Positions 1 through 8,672 of a stretch of DNA of 64,000 bases are shown piece after piece. The stretch lies in the NCBI GenBank assembly GCA_913047625.1, contig CAJWUJ010000002.1:2743-66742 (forward strand), written 5' to 3'. Both the position numbers and the translations under genes were made by a program. This DNA comes from an uncultured Dehalococcoidia bacterium. Its GTDB lineage: Bacteria; Chloroflexota; Dehalococcoidia; Lucifugimonadales; CAJWUJ01. The notes below the pieces were generated by a model. It saw nothing but the letters and a program-made list of their open reading frames with translations, ran no database searches and was not told the DNA's origin. The stretch's first letter is position 1; each line of letters begins with the position of its first letter.

Positions 1-359
1 CGTTCAAATGCGTCTACGGCATTATTTCTTCTGGGATCAATGCCGAAAAAAGGGATTAATCGATTCGGATATGCTCGGCCCATTTCTGCAGATAACCTGT
101 TTTCTCCTTCTATAGTGAATGTGGGTTCTCCTAGTCGTAATCCGTAGTCAGCTACAAAGATAACCGTTGCATCCACTCCAGATTCATCAAGTTCGTTTAT
201 GTGATCCAAGGCAGCTTCCTTCCAATCTGGAACTAGAGGCAATGGATCGCTTTGTGCGTGGACGGGATCTAGCTTGCCGGGGTTTTTGGAAGCAATTTCC
301 GACGCTTGTGGGTAGCGCTGGTAAAATGACCATGTATGCCTATGTAGATCTATTATCAT
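1..359 (-). CDS. Amidohydrolase-2 type metal-dependent hydrolase, N-terminal part only (gene runs off the window start)
   Basis: Reverse-strand reading from ATG at 359 (AGGAG about 7 nt upstream) gives MIIDLHRHTWSFYQRYP...GVDATVIFVADYG...NRLIPFFGIDPRRNNAVDAFE. This shows the D-x-H-x-H metal motif and the layout typical of amidohydrolase-2 proteins. The frame stays open to position 1. Track ORF 167..418(+) is its antisense shadow. Confidence 0.7.
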   Translation of the reverse strand, partial: MIIDLHRHTWSFYQRYPQASEIASKNPGKLDPVHAQSDPLPLVPDWKEAALDHINELDESGVDATVIFVADYGLRLGEPTFTIEGENRLSAEMGRAYPNRLIPFFGIDPRRNNAVDAFE

Positions 360-376
360 CCCTACTCCTGCTTTGG

Positions 377-1441
377 TTAATCTGTGGAAAGTGTATCAAT
401 CCCGCTATGACGAACTAGATTCTCTTGTAGTTCGTTTGCGTGTTGGAAAATTAATGGAGTTCCACCCGTGTGGATGAAAACCACGGGGACTTCTTTAGAT
501 ATCAGACCCTTTTTAATATGATCTATTAATCCTGCCATGGCTTTGCCTGTGTAAACTGGATCCAAAATTAAGTTGTCGGTCTTAGCTGCTATATGAATTG
601 CTTCAATACTTGCTTCTGTAGGAACTGGATAAATTCCCTCGTATTTTCGGTCTATTTGCACTTCCTCTGGAGTAATACTTACAGGGAGATGCAATAATTC
701 ACTGACTCCTTTGGTCCAGCTCGGTATTGCCTCTGTGAAGTCTACATAGTCGCTCACTGGTATTCCAGTAACATGCCATGGTTTACCCATTAACTTTCCA
801 CCGAGTTGTAATCCTGCATGAGAATGGCCTGCGACGACATAAAACTGTGCCTCATTGATGCCCTTTTCATTCAATTGATCAGCTATCTCGATTGAAGCGT
901 GCAAATATCCCAGTGTTCCTGCGTGGTTAGCCCACGGAGTGTATTGGAATGTGAACGGATTATGGCCAGCTTGTTTAAGTCGGTCTTCTAAAGATTTAAT
1001 CTCCGTCAATATTTCTTCCGAATCTGAAGTTTCTAAAAACACCATTTCAGCGTTCATTAGATGATAAATTAGGGGATTACCTTGTAGAGGGTTAAGATGT
1101 TCGCCGGGCTTGATCAGCAAAATAAACCGAACCCCACTTTTCGTACAAGCAGCTGCCATTACTCTAGCGGCATTAGATGAAGGGGGATACTGTGCGATCA
1201 CTACGTCATGTCCTTGTTCTAAGACATGGCCCATGGCAAATTCAAAATGACGGGCCTTATTGCCGCCAAAGGCTGGTCCGGTTAGATCGTCTCTTTTGAC
1301 GAAAATTGGAGGACCATCAAGGAATCGGGAAAGATTTTGGACCTCTTCTAAAGGCGTTGTACCGCTAACAAATTTAAACCTTGGTGTTTGCTCTATAGCT
1401 TTATTCAGTTGTTCTGGCGTGTAATAAACAGGCTTTTGCAT
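377..1441 (-). CDS. PLP-dependent enzyme, ACC deaminase / D-cysteine desulfhydrase / L-cysteate sulfo-lyase family (paralog 1)
   Basis: Track ORF 377..1450. It carries KRDDLTGPAFGGNKARHFEF (GGNK PLP-lysine motif) and C-terminal FIHTGG. ATG at 1441 (AGGGG about 6 nt upstream) is preferred over GTG at 1450. Confidence 0.8.
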   Translation of the reverse strand: MQKPVYYTPEQLNKAIEQTPRFKFVSGTTPLEEVQNLSRFLDGPPIFVKRDDLTGPAFGGNKARHFEFAMGHVLEQGHDVVIAQYPPSSNAARVMAAACTKSGVRFILLIKPGEHLNPLQGNPLIYHLMNAEMVFLETSDSEEILTEIKSLEDRLKQAGHNPFTFQYTPWANHAGTLGYLHASIEIADQLNEKGINEAQFYVVAGHSHAGLQLGGKLMGKPWHVTGIPVSDYVDFTEAIPSWTKGVSELLHLPVSITPEEVQIDRKYEGIYPVPTEASIEAIHIAAKTDNLILDPVYTGKAMAGLIDHIKKGLISKEVPVVFIHTGGTPLIFQHANELQENLVRHSGIDTLSTD

Positions 1442-1487
1442 AGTATGCACCCCTAGGTGAAAATTAGACGGTTGCAGAAATTATACG

Positions 1488-2510
1488 TTATTTAGTATGC
1501 GTCGTGTAAACTACCTCATCTGCATGCTCAAAAAGCTTTGGGATTCCCCCCGTGTGGATAAATACGACTGGAACATCGGGAGAAATTTTCCCTGAAGTTA
1601 TATAATCAATCATTCCGTGCATTGATTTTCCTGAATATGCTGGATCAAGGACAATTCCTTCAGTGCTAGCAGTTAGGTTAATAGCTTCGACAGAGCCTTT
1701 TGTAGGTACGGAATATGTCTCTACATAATCAAAAGTTGTTTCTATTTCACTGGCCGGTAAGTCAGTCGGTAGCCCTAAAGTGCTAGCGACTTGTTCACTC
1801 CATCCAGTGAGGGGAAAGTCTTGTTCGAAATCTTGGCCAACGCCTATGCCGGTGACTCGCCACGGCAGCCCCAGTATTTTGGCTCCTAACTGGAGACCTA
1901 CTTGAGAATGCCCGTTCACGAGGAAGATATGGACTTTGGTTATGCCAATATCCGTGAGTTGTTTCTGAAGTTCAAGGGTAGCGTTTAAATAAGAAATTAC
2001 GCCTGACATATGGAACATTGGTTCTGCTTGAGCAACGTAGGGTTTGTGGCCAGCAGCAGCCAGTTCAATGCCAATTTGCTCTGCTGCGGATATGCCATCC
2101 TCTTTTGATTCTCCAGCCTCTCGCAATTCTGCACCAAATAAAACTGATAGAAGCATATTTCCTTGGTAGGGCCTTTGCAGGGGCGGAGTTACTAAGATAC
2201 ATTTCATCCCTGTTTTAGCACAAGCGCAGGCGGTTTGTCTTCCTGCATTTTTACTATCGGCGTATACATATGTGTCGCATCCTTTGCGAAGTGCATCAGC
2301 AAGGCGGTACTCCAAATGTCTCATCTTGTTGCCACCCAGTGCTTGTCCGGTCAAATCATCACGTTTTATCAAGATTTTGGGTCCGCCCAATGCCTTACTT
2401 AAATTATTAGCTTCTTCCAAAGGCGTCGGTAAATATGCCAAAGGTGTTCGGGGAACTTTCTTTAACACACTGGCAAGGGCATCTTGGGTCATATAGGTAT
2501 TTGATGTCAT
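1488..2510 (-). CDS. PLP-dependent enzyme, ACC deaminase / D-cysteine desulfhydrase / L-cysteate sulfo-lyase family (paralog 2)
   Basis: It carries KRDDLTGQALGGNKMRHLEY and FIHTGG. AGGAGA lies 5 nt upstream of the ATG. It sits 37 nt upstream of paralog 1 on the same strand. Confidence 0.8.
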   Translation of the reverse strand: MTSNTYMTQDALASVLKKVPRTPLAYLPTPLEEANNLSKALGGPKILIKRDDLTGQALGGNKMRHLEYRLADALRKGCDTYVYADSKNAGRQTACACAKTGMKCILVTPPLQRPYQGNMLLSVLFGAELREAGESKEDGISAAEQIGIELAAAGHKPYVAQAEPMFHMSGVISYLNATLELQKQLTDIGITKVHIFLVNGHSQVGLQLGAKILGLPWRVTGIGVGQDFEQDFPLTGWSEQVASTLGLPTDLPASEIETTFDYVETYSVPTKGSVEAINLTASTEGIVLDPAYSGKSMHGMIDYITSGKISPDVPVVFIHTGGIPKLFEHADEVVYTTHTK

Positions 2511-2536
2511 GATCGTCTCCTATTTGTGAGCACACC

Positions 2537-3280
2537 TTACTGCATGGTCAAACCGCCGTCTATCACTAAGCATGATCCTGTAACAAAATTACTGTCTTTT
2601 GATGCTAAGTACACGGCACCTGACGCAATTTCATGCGGTTGGCCTAACCTTCCCATTGGTTGGCGGTTAGTCATCTGTTTCTTAGTTTGAACTGGATCAG
2701 GGTAAGTTGCAACCATTCTATCTACCCATGGTGTGTCAACAGTGCCCGGACATATGGCATTACAGCGGACTCCTTCCCCCACGTAATCTAACGCAATAGA
2801 CCGCATAAGAGAGATCACCCCTCCTTTTGTAGCACAATAAGCCGTTCGTTCTTTGATTCCAACCATTCCAGCAACAGAAGCCATCATGATTATGGAGCCC
2901 TTGGACTGAATTAGATGAGGCATAAGGACTTGGGATACGAGAAAGGGTCCAGTAAGATTTACAGCTAACATTTGATGCCAATTGGGCTCAGTGGTTTCAA
3001 GCAGTGTTCCTGGTAAACCAAACCCGGCATTGTTCACAAGGGTATCTAGTCCTCCGAGCCAGTTGACGGCCTCTTTTGCAGCCATACCAATATCTGCAGA
3101 CTTCGTTACATCAGCCTTAACAAAAAGGCAGTTAGGATTCCTCTCCAGTTCCATATTTGTAATGGGATCCTTATCGATTATTGCAACTTTAGCCCCTTCC
3201 AACAGAAACGAGTCCACAATCGCTTTTCCGATTCCAGAACTGCCCCCTGTCACGATAGTTTTATAGTTGTTTAGTCGCAT
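2537..3280 (-). CDS. Short-chain dehydrogenase/reductase (classical SDR)
   Basis: TGGSSGIGKAI cofactor motif, NNAG, and catalytic YCATK (Y-x3-K). Strong RBS AAGGAGGG. Confidence 0.85.
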   Translation of the reverse strand: MRLNNYKTIVTGGSSGIGKAIVDSFLLEGAKVAIIDKDPITNMELERNPNCLFVKADVTKSADIGMAAKEAVNWLGGLDTLVNNAGFGLPGTLLETTEPNWHQMLAVNLTGPFLVSQVLMPHLIQSKGSIIMMASVAGMVGIKERTAYCATKGGVISLMRSIALDYVGEGVRCNAICPGTVDTPWVDRMVATYPDPVQTKKQMTNRQPMGRLGQPHEIASGAVYLASKDSNFVTGSCLVIDGGLTMQ

Positions 3281-3355
3281 GACAACTGCCCTCCTTGTTA
3301 TATACGATTATATATGCATATCCTGCCGTAGCTCACTCTTTTGTGGTCTCGAAAT

Positions 3356-3382
3356 GTGACAAGAAAAAGATTACTGTACAAT
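3356..3382 (+). promoter_or_regulatory. Candidate sigma70-like promoter for the DapA-like gene
   Basis: GTGACA (3356-3361), a 15-nt spacer, then TACAAT (3377-3382) preceded by TG. The spacer is short and promoter rules in this lineage are unknown. Confidence 0.2.
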
Positions 3383-3436
3383 TTTAATTCGAGAGGATAT
3401 AAATATTCTAGTAAAAAGGAAAATAAGGAGAAATTC

Positions 3437-4330
3437 ATGCAGGATAAATTTGCTGGCGTTCATTGGATGCTCAGTACCCCTTTTAATGAATCGGAGCAAG
3501 TTGACTATGAATCATTAGCTCGGTTAATTGTCAAAGCTCGTGAATTTGGGTGTGTGGGAGTTGTTGTGCTTGGTGTTACTGGCGAGGTGGCAAAATTAAC
3601 AGATTCGGAACGATACAAAATTGTTGAATTTGTCGTCCAGAAAGCAGCAGGGTTATCAGTTGTAGTAGGAACTACTGGATCTGGAACAGCTGTCGCTGTG
3701 GCGAGAAGTCAGGAGGCCGATCAATTAGGAGCACATGCTTTAATGATCGCTCCACCTCCTATAGCTAAACCAAATCTTGCTGCGGTAATACATTATTACT
3801 CATCAATAGCTGCAGCAACTTCTTTGCCGTTAGTTATACAGGATTATCCGGCAGTATCAGGTGTTTATATGACTGTTGAATTAATGAAACAATTGGCCGA
3901 TCAGCTGCCTTCTTTTAAGTATTTGAAATTAGAGGATCCCCCGACTCCCGCTAAGCTATCAATGATCAAGAAGAGCTTGGGTGACAGGATCGGTGTGTTC
4001 GGAGGCCTGGGAGGCTTGTGTCTCTTTGATGAATTAAACAGGGGATCTTTAGGGGCAATGACAGGTTTTGCTTTCATAGAGGTTTTTGTGGAAATTGTAC
4101 AATATATGCAGCAGCAGCAGCACGGGGAGGCTCGAGAATTATTCTATAAATACCTTCCTTTAGTGCAAATGGAAATGCAAGAAGGTATTGGGCTTAGTAT
4201 AAGGAAAGAGGCACTGAGATTACGAGGGCTAATTGATACCGCACTTGTACGACATCCTGGAGTTAATATCGATGATGTGACACGTAACGAGCTGAAAACA
4301 CTGGTTTCGTGGTTAGGTCTAGAGTTTTAA
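3437..4330 (+). CDS. Dihydrodipicolinate synthase (DapA)/N-acetylneuraminate lyase family class I aldolase-type enzyme
   Basis: Track ORF 3341..4330. The family-like region starts at MQDKFAGVHWMLSTPF with AAGGAG 6-7 nt upstream of ATG 3437. It shows GVTGEVAKLTDSER and a (beta/alpha)8 aldolase-like pattern. Confidence 0.7.
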   Translation: MQDKFAGVHWMLSTPFNESEQVDYESLARLIVKAREFGCVGVVVLGVTGEVAKLTDSERYKIVEFVVQKAAGLSVVVGTTGSGTAVAVARSQEADQLGAHALMIAPPPIAKPNLAAVIHYYSSIAAATSLPLVIQDYPAVSGVYMTVELMKQLADQLPSFKYLKLEDPPTPAKLSMIKKSLGDRIGVFGGLGGLCLFDELNRGSLGAMTGFAFIEVFVEIVQYMQQQQHGEARELFYKYLPLVQMEMQEGIGLSIRKEALRLRGLIDTALVRHPGVNIDDVTRNELKTLVSWLGLEF

Positions 4331-4346
4331 TTTATAGAGGAGTGCC

Positions 4347-4505
4347 ATGGGTGTTAATCAGCTTGGGTTTTTGATGTTCGTTTTTGGACTGATGCTAATG
4401 ATTCGGGCAATTAGAAATAGAGGGAAGCCAGCAATATTTCTTGGACCAGGAATGTCACTTGCATTCATAATCCTGGGATTTTTTCTTTTTGTAGCACAAA
4501 CTTAG
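4347..4505 (+). CDS. Small hydrophobic protein (52 aa, two predicted TM helices), unlisted in the ORF track
   Basis: ATG at 4347 with AGAGGAG 5-6 nt upstream. The product is MGVNQLGFLMFVFGLMLMIRAIRNRGKPAIFLGPGMSLAFIILGFFLFVAQT*, two hydrophobic stretches flanking a basic loop. It starts 16 nt after the DapA-like stop. Confidence 0.45.
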   Translation: MGVNQLGFLMFVFGLMLMIRAIRNRGKPAIFLGPGMSLAFIILGFFLFVAQT

Positions 4506-4651
4506 CAAGCTTAATTCGCACATGATCTATCATAGGAAACCACTGGTGGATCGAGGGAAGTTATCGACTTTACGGTCAATCCAGTTGTACTGTAGAGTGA
4601 GTGAAGTGACTAAACACCAAACTATGGTGTTGCTAAATGGAGGACTATGTG

Positions 4652-5704
4652 ATGAAAGTGGCTATTGTAGGAACAGGTGCAGTGGGAGGCTTCGTAGGTG
4701 GGGCGGCTGCTGACGCTGGTGAGGACATAACGTTGATTGATCCTTGGGATCAAAACGTAGAAGCTATACGGTCCAACGGAATATTGGTTGATGATCCTGT
4801 TGCTGGGCCGCGACATTTTCACCCACGTAAGGTTATATCTATTAACGAGATTGGTACGTTACAGGCATCGTTTGACTTGCTTTTAGTGGCTGTCAAATCT
4901 TATAACACTGAGATGGCTGTCACGAAAATGATCCCGTATTTAACAGAAGACAGTACTGTTGTAAGTGTTCAAAACAGTATAAATGAAGAAGTAATAATGC
5001 CAATTGTAGGTCGATCACGGACTGTGGGTGTGGTTGTACGGGGTAACTGTCAGATGATGCAACCAGCAAAAATTCTCATTACTCGATCCATTACGCAATC
5101 GGATAATACCGGGGTAGGAGGAGTCAATTACCTTGTTGGTGAACTAGATGGGAAGATTACCAAAAGAGCAGAAAGAATAGCGCAGGTACTGAGTCACGCT
5201 AATAAAGCAACTGTCACATCGAATTTATGGGGAGAGCGCTGGTCTAAATTGATAATTAACTGTGTCGCTAATTCTGTTTGCGGTGCAACAGGATTGAGAT
5301 CTTCTGAGGTCTGGACGAATCCAGCTCTTAGAAAAGTCAGTTCACAGCTTGCCTATGAAACTGTTGATGTGGGTAATCGGCTCGGTTATCCGATACCATC
5401 AGTGATGGGAGATTTGTCGGTAGATGATATTTTGGGTGTGCCAAAAGGAGAATCGGTTAAGTTAGATCAGGCGTTGCTCCAAAGGTCTCAAAAAGTCCAT
5501 GAACTGGCAATGCCTTCTCTCCTGCAAGATATTTTAAAAGAGAGACGGACTGAGATCGACTACTTGAATGGATTAGTAGTTAATAAAGGGAAAGAAGCAG
5601 GAGTTGCAACTGAAACAAGCCAAGCGATTGTGAGTCTTATTCATGCCATTGAACAGGGTCAGGCCAAGCCGAATCCTGATGCAGTAGCACAACTTGCAAT
5701 TTAA
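4652..5704 (+). CDS. 2-dehydropantoate 2-reductase (ketopantoate reductase, PanE/ApbA) family oxidoreductase
   Basis: MKVAIVGTGAVGG Rossmann start, VSVQNSIN and ERWSKLIINCVANS family motifs. ATG 4652 is preferred (GGAGGA upstream) over 4637. Confidence 0.75.
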   Translation: MKVAIVGTGAVGGFVGGAAADAGEDITLIDPWDQNVEAIRSNGILVDDPVAGPRHFHPRKVISINEIGTLQASFDLLLVAVKSYNTEMAVTKMIPYLTEDSTVVSVQNSINEEVIMPIVGRSRTVGVVVRGNCQMMQPAKILITRSITQSDNTGVGGVNYLVGELDGKITKRAERIAQVLSHANKATVTSNLWGERWSKLIINCVANSVCGATGLRSSEVWTNPALRKVSSQLAYETVDVGNRLGYPIPSVMGDLSVDDILGVPKGESVKLDQALLQRSQKVHELAMPSLLQDILKERRTEIDYLNGLVVNKGKEAGVATETSQAIVSLIHAIEQGQAKPNPDAVAQLAI

Positions 5705-5737
5705 TAAAACTGAAAGTGTCTATCGTTGAGGTTGTAA

Positions 5738-6841
5738 TCATCTGATCATCGCTCTGGCACTGACTGGCCATATTACCTCAAGCCTATTGTTTCTCATCCC
5801 AAAAAGATGGGTATGAAGATTTACAGTGGTGTCGTTGTGACCTGGAATAAGTTCAACTTTGTCGCCAGGACGCAGCTGTTGAGACGTTTCAGATTCCAGG
5901 GTTATTGTTAGGTGCTCGTCAGATGCAGATGCAACTGTTAGCCCACTAGCTGACTTTATAATAGGGGGCCATTGGTCCGTTGAAAGAGCCTTCATTCCAC
6001 AATCGATTACTGCTCGGTCTTGTGTAGGCCTGCTTATAACGCTAGCTATTATAGTTCCGGCATTCACAAAGTCGGGTAGTACCCTGCCATATTGAGCATC
6101 CATGAAAACGTATGAACCAGGTTGGATTTCAGTAATATGGGAATAGGAACCCGTCATGTTGTAGGTTCCTGTTCCTCCAGCAGTTACAATTTCACAGGGA
6201 ATTTCTGCGGATCGTAAATGGTTAATGGCAGCAAGGGTTTTTTCCATGGAGTCTGAATCAAGGGATTTTCTTTTGTCATCATCTTCTACACTTTGAATAG
6301 CACCGTTGTAGGCGTGAATACCTAGGAACTGGAGTCCAGGAGCTGCTTCGACGGCCTGTGCCAGATCTATAACAGATTTGTCGGGTTCAACACCACATCT
6401 GTTTTGTCCTACATTTACATCGAGCAAAACTCCAATAGATACTTGGGCTGCATTGGCTGCTTCTGATAAATCAACAACGTTTGCGACATCATCCACAGTC
6501 ACTGACACCTTCGTGCTTTTTGCGAGTGCCATCAGCCGACGGATTTTAAAAGATCCAATGATCTCATACGTTATTAAGATATTATCTATTCCGTGAGAAG
6601 CCATAATTTCAGCTTCTCCTAGTTTTTGACAGCAGATACCGATAGCTCCAGCTGCAATTTGTTTTTTGGCTATATCAGGACTTTTATGGTGTTTCGTATG
6701 GGGACGAAGATTAATTGATTTCGACCTACAATAAGAAGCCATTTTCTCAATATTATTTTCCATTGCATCGAGGTCAATGATAAATGAAGGTGTATCGAGT
6801 TCTTCTTTTGGTGTGCCTAATGATGGTGTAAACTCTTGCAT
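5738..6841 (-). CDS. Fold-type III PLP enzyme, D-serine dehydratase (DSD1) / D-threonine aldolase family
   Basis: NLRPHTKHHKSPDIAKKQ (R-P-H-x-K-x-H-K PLP-lysine motif of the alanine-racemase-N/DSD1 family). C-terminal metal motif PGHND (5831-5845). Confidence 0.75.
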   Translation of the reverse strand: MQEFTPSLGTPKEELDTPSFIIDLDAMENNIEKMASYCRSKSINLRPHTKHHKSPDIAKKQIAAGAIGICCQKLGEAEIMASHGIDNILITYEIIGSFKIRRLMALAKSTKVSVTVDDVANVVDLSEAANAAQVSIGVLLDVNVGQNRCGVEPDKSVIDLAQAVEAAPGLQFLGIHAYNGAIQSVEDDDKRKSLDSDSMEKTLAAINHLRSAEIPCEIVTAGGTGTYNMTGSYSHITEIQPGSYVFMDAQYGRVLPDFVNAGTIIASVISRPTQDRAVIDCGMKALSTDQWPPIIKSASGLTVASASDEHLTITLESETSQQLRPGDKVELIPGHNDTTVNLHTHLFGMRNNRLEVIWPVSARAMIR

Positions 6842-6964
6842 TAATCTCCTTTATTATGTTTCGTGTATAGGATGTCTTAAGGTAGAATGCTCTACAGGTG
6901 GATATTTAGTTAGTTTAATTCTGTAATTATATCAAAAACAAAACAATAATATTTGGGGGTTACT

Positions 6965-7924
6965 ATGTCCTTGATTAACTTTGTAGATGTACTACGAGCG
7001 AGAGAAACTATTGCGCCTTATGTGAACAAAACTCCTACTTATCCCTATATTGGATTGAGCAAATTGGTGGGAGCTGAAATCTACCTAAAGCATGAAAACC
7101 ACCATGCATTAGGCTCATTTAAAGTCAGAGGTGGCATAAATTACATGTCCAACTTGGCTGCTGAAAGTAAGAAAAGAGGCGTTATTACAGCGTCTACTGG
7201 GAATCACGGCCAGTCTATTGCGTACTCAGCTTCCGTTTTTGGTGTACCAGCAGTCATTGTTTCGCCCGAAGACGCCAACACAAGTAAAGTTGAGTCCATG
7301 CGAAATCTGGGGGCAGAATTGATTTTGAAAGGCAAAAACTTTGACGAAGCACGGGAAACGGTGGAAACTGAGGCATCGCAGAGAGGTTTAACGTATATTC
7401 ACGCTGCCAATGAACCATTGATAATCGCTGGTGTTGCTACCTATGGATTAGAGATGTTGGAAGATATACCGGATATTGAGGTGGTGATTGCACCAATAGG
7501 AGGTGGCAGTAATGCTGCTGCCCTCTGTACTGTTGCTAAAGTGATCAATCCTAAAATTCAAATCATTGGTGTCCAATCTGCTCAGGCACCAGCGGCGTAT
7601 CAATCTTGGACAAGCAAGGGAATTAAGAGTGCACCAACAAGTACTGTAGCTGAGGGACTAGCAACTTCAATCGGCTTTGAGTTAACACAGAACATTCTTT
7701 GGGAGCTCTTGGATGATTTCGTTCTTGTTGACGATAAAGAAATTGAAGGTAGTATCGTTACTTTAGCTACAAAAGCGCATACTCTTGCAGAAGAAGCAGG
7801 AGCTTCTACTCTAGCGTGTGCTTTAAAGATCAAGGATCGTTTATCGGGCAAGAAGGTAGCTCTAGTGATTTCGGGAGGAAATATTTCCTTGAAGCGACTG
7901 AAAGCCATAATGAGTACAGCTTAG
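6965..7924 (+). CDS. Fold-type II PLP enzyme, threonine/serine dehydratase (or hydroxy-amino-acid ammonia-lyase/racemase-like) family
   Basis: HALGSFKVRGG (PLP Lys), TASTGNHGQS and PIGGGS loops. ATG 6965 is preferred over the track's TTG at 6953. Confidence 0.8.
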   Translation: MSLINFVDVLRARETIAPYVNKTPTYPYIGLSKLVGAEIYLKHENHHALGSFKVRGGINYMSNLAAESKKRGVITASTGNHGQSIAYSASVFGVPAVIVSPEDANTSKVESMRNLGAELILKGKNFDEARETVETEASQRGLTYIHAANEPLIIAGVATYGLEMLEDIPDIEVVIAPIGGGSNAAALCTVAKVINPKIQIIGVQSAQAPAAYQSWTSKGIKSAPTSTVAEGLATSIGFELTQNILWELLDDFVLVDDKEIEGSIVTLATKAHTLAEEAGASTLACALKIKDRLSGKKVALVISGGNISLKRLKAIMSTA

Positions 7925-7958
7925 ATTAATGATTAGTCGTGTGCGCTATTAATAGAGC

Positions 7959-8576
7959 CTATCTAGTATTGGCGACTTGCCACATGTACCATGATCCAAT
8001 AGACCTGTAGGGTTTCCATTTAGCAGTCACTTTTTCCACGGCACCTGTATTAGGGGGTTTGTTCTGAAAGTATATTATACGGATTCCTTTCATCAGGCCT
8101 GCATCTCCAGGAGCAAAAACATCTAGTCGGTTCAGAGCAAACATCTGAAACATTTGCGCCGTCCAGGTTCCCACACCTTTTAGCTGTGTCAATGTTGTAG
8201 TGATTTCATGATTTTCCTTATCGGCTAGATCACTGAGATACGTAGGATTGTTAGTCAATACCTTGGCAATTGATTGAATACTAGAAGACTTTGCATAAGA
8301 CAGTCCACATGAGCGCAGCACATCCGTTTCCATTTCACTCAGTGCTGAAGGAACGAATTCGGTACTTTCTAACAGTCGATAAAGTCGATCTTTTAATGTC
8401 CGAGCCACTTTTGTAGATAGCTGTTGAGAAATGATGGAATTGATGAGCTGATCAAATAGATTGGGTTCAAATGCTCGCTGAGATAAGAATGTAGGTTGTC
8501 CAAATGATGCTATTAAGCACGCAAGCCTCTTGTCGTTCTTAACTAAATGTTGCTTTATAATTTGCCAATCTGTCAT
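7959..8576 (-). CDS. DNA-3-methyladenine glycosylase II-like HhH-GPD base-excision repair glycosylase
   Basis: LKGVGTWTAQMF helix-hairpin-helix followed by PGDAGLMKG (catalytic Asp region). Size is about 205 aa. Confidence 0.7.
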   Translation of the reverse strand: MTDWQIIKQHLVKNDKRLACLIASFGQPTFLSQRAFEPNLFDQLINSIISQQLSTKVARTLKDRLYRLLESTEFVPSALSEMETDVLRSCGLSYAKSSSIQSIAKVLTNNPTYLSDLADKENHEITTTLTQLKGVGTWTAQMFQMFALNRLDVFAPGDAGLMKGIRIIYFQNKPPNTGAVEKVTAKWKPYRSIGSWYMWQVANTR

Positions 8577-8672
8577 GGTATTGAGTGATAGTTGCTCGTA
8601 CTAGAACGATATCCCGTTAGTCTTTTTTAAAACATATAAGAAAAAAGGGAAGACAAGCAAGAACTTTCCAGA

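Noticed and set aside
167-418. 83-aa + strand ORF at the window start
   Set aside because: The opposite strand encodes a convincing amidohydrolase N-terminus (MIIDLHRHTW..., with SD) and the 3' end of the ACC-deaminase-like gene. The + ORF has no RBS and has shadow-like composition.
3312-3321. 10-bp palindrome ATATGCATAT in the SDR/DapA-like divergent region
   Set aside because: AT-only palindromes of this length arise readily by chance in AT-rich promoter DNA. No second copy was noticed.
3341-3436. 32-codon N-terminal extension of the DapA-like ORF in the track
   Set aside because: The Lys/Arg/Asn-rich extension has no family similarity. A strong AAGGAG precedes the internal ATG at 3437, where the family-like sequence begins.
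4109-4120. (CAG)4 trinucleotide repeat
   Set aside because: It is a short in-frame Gln run (QQQQH) inside the DapA-like gene and is too short to be meaningful.
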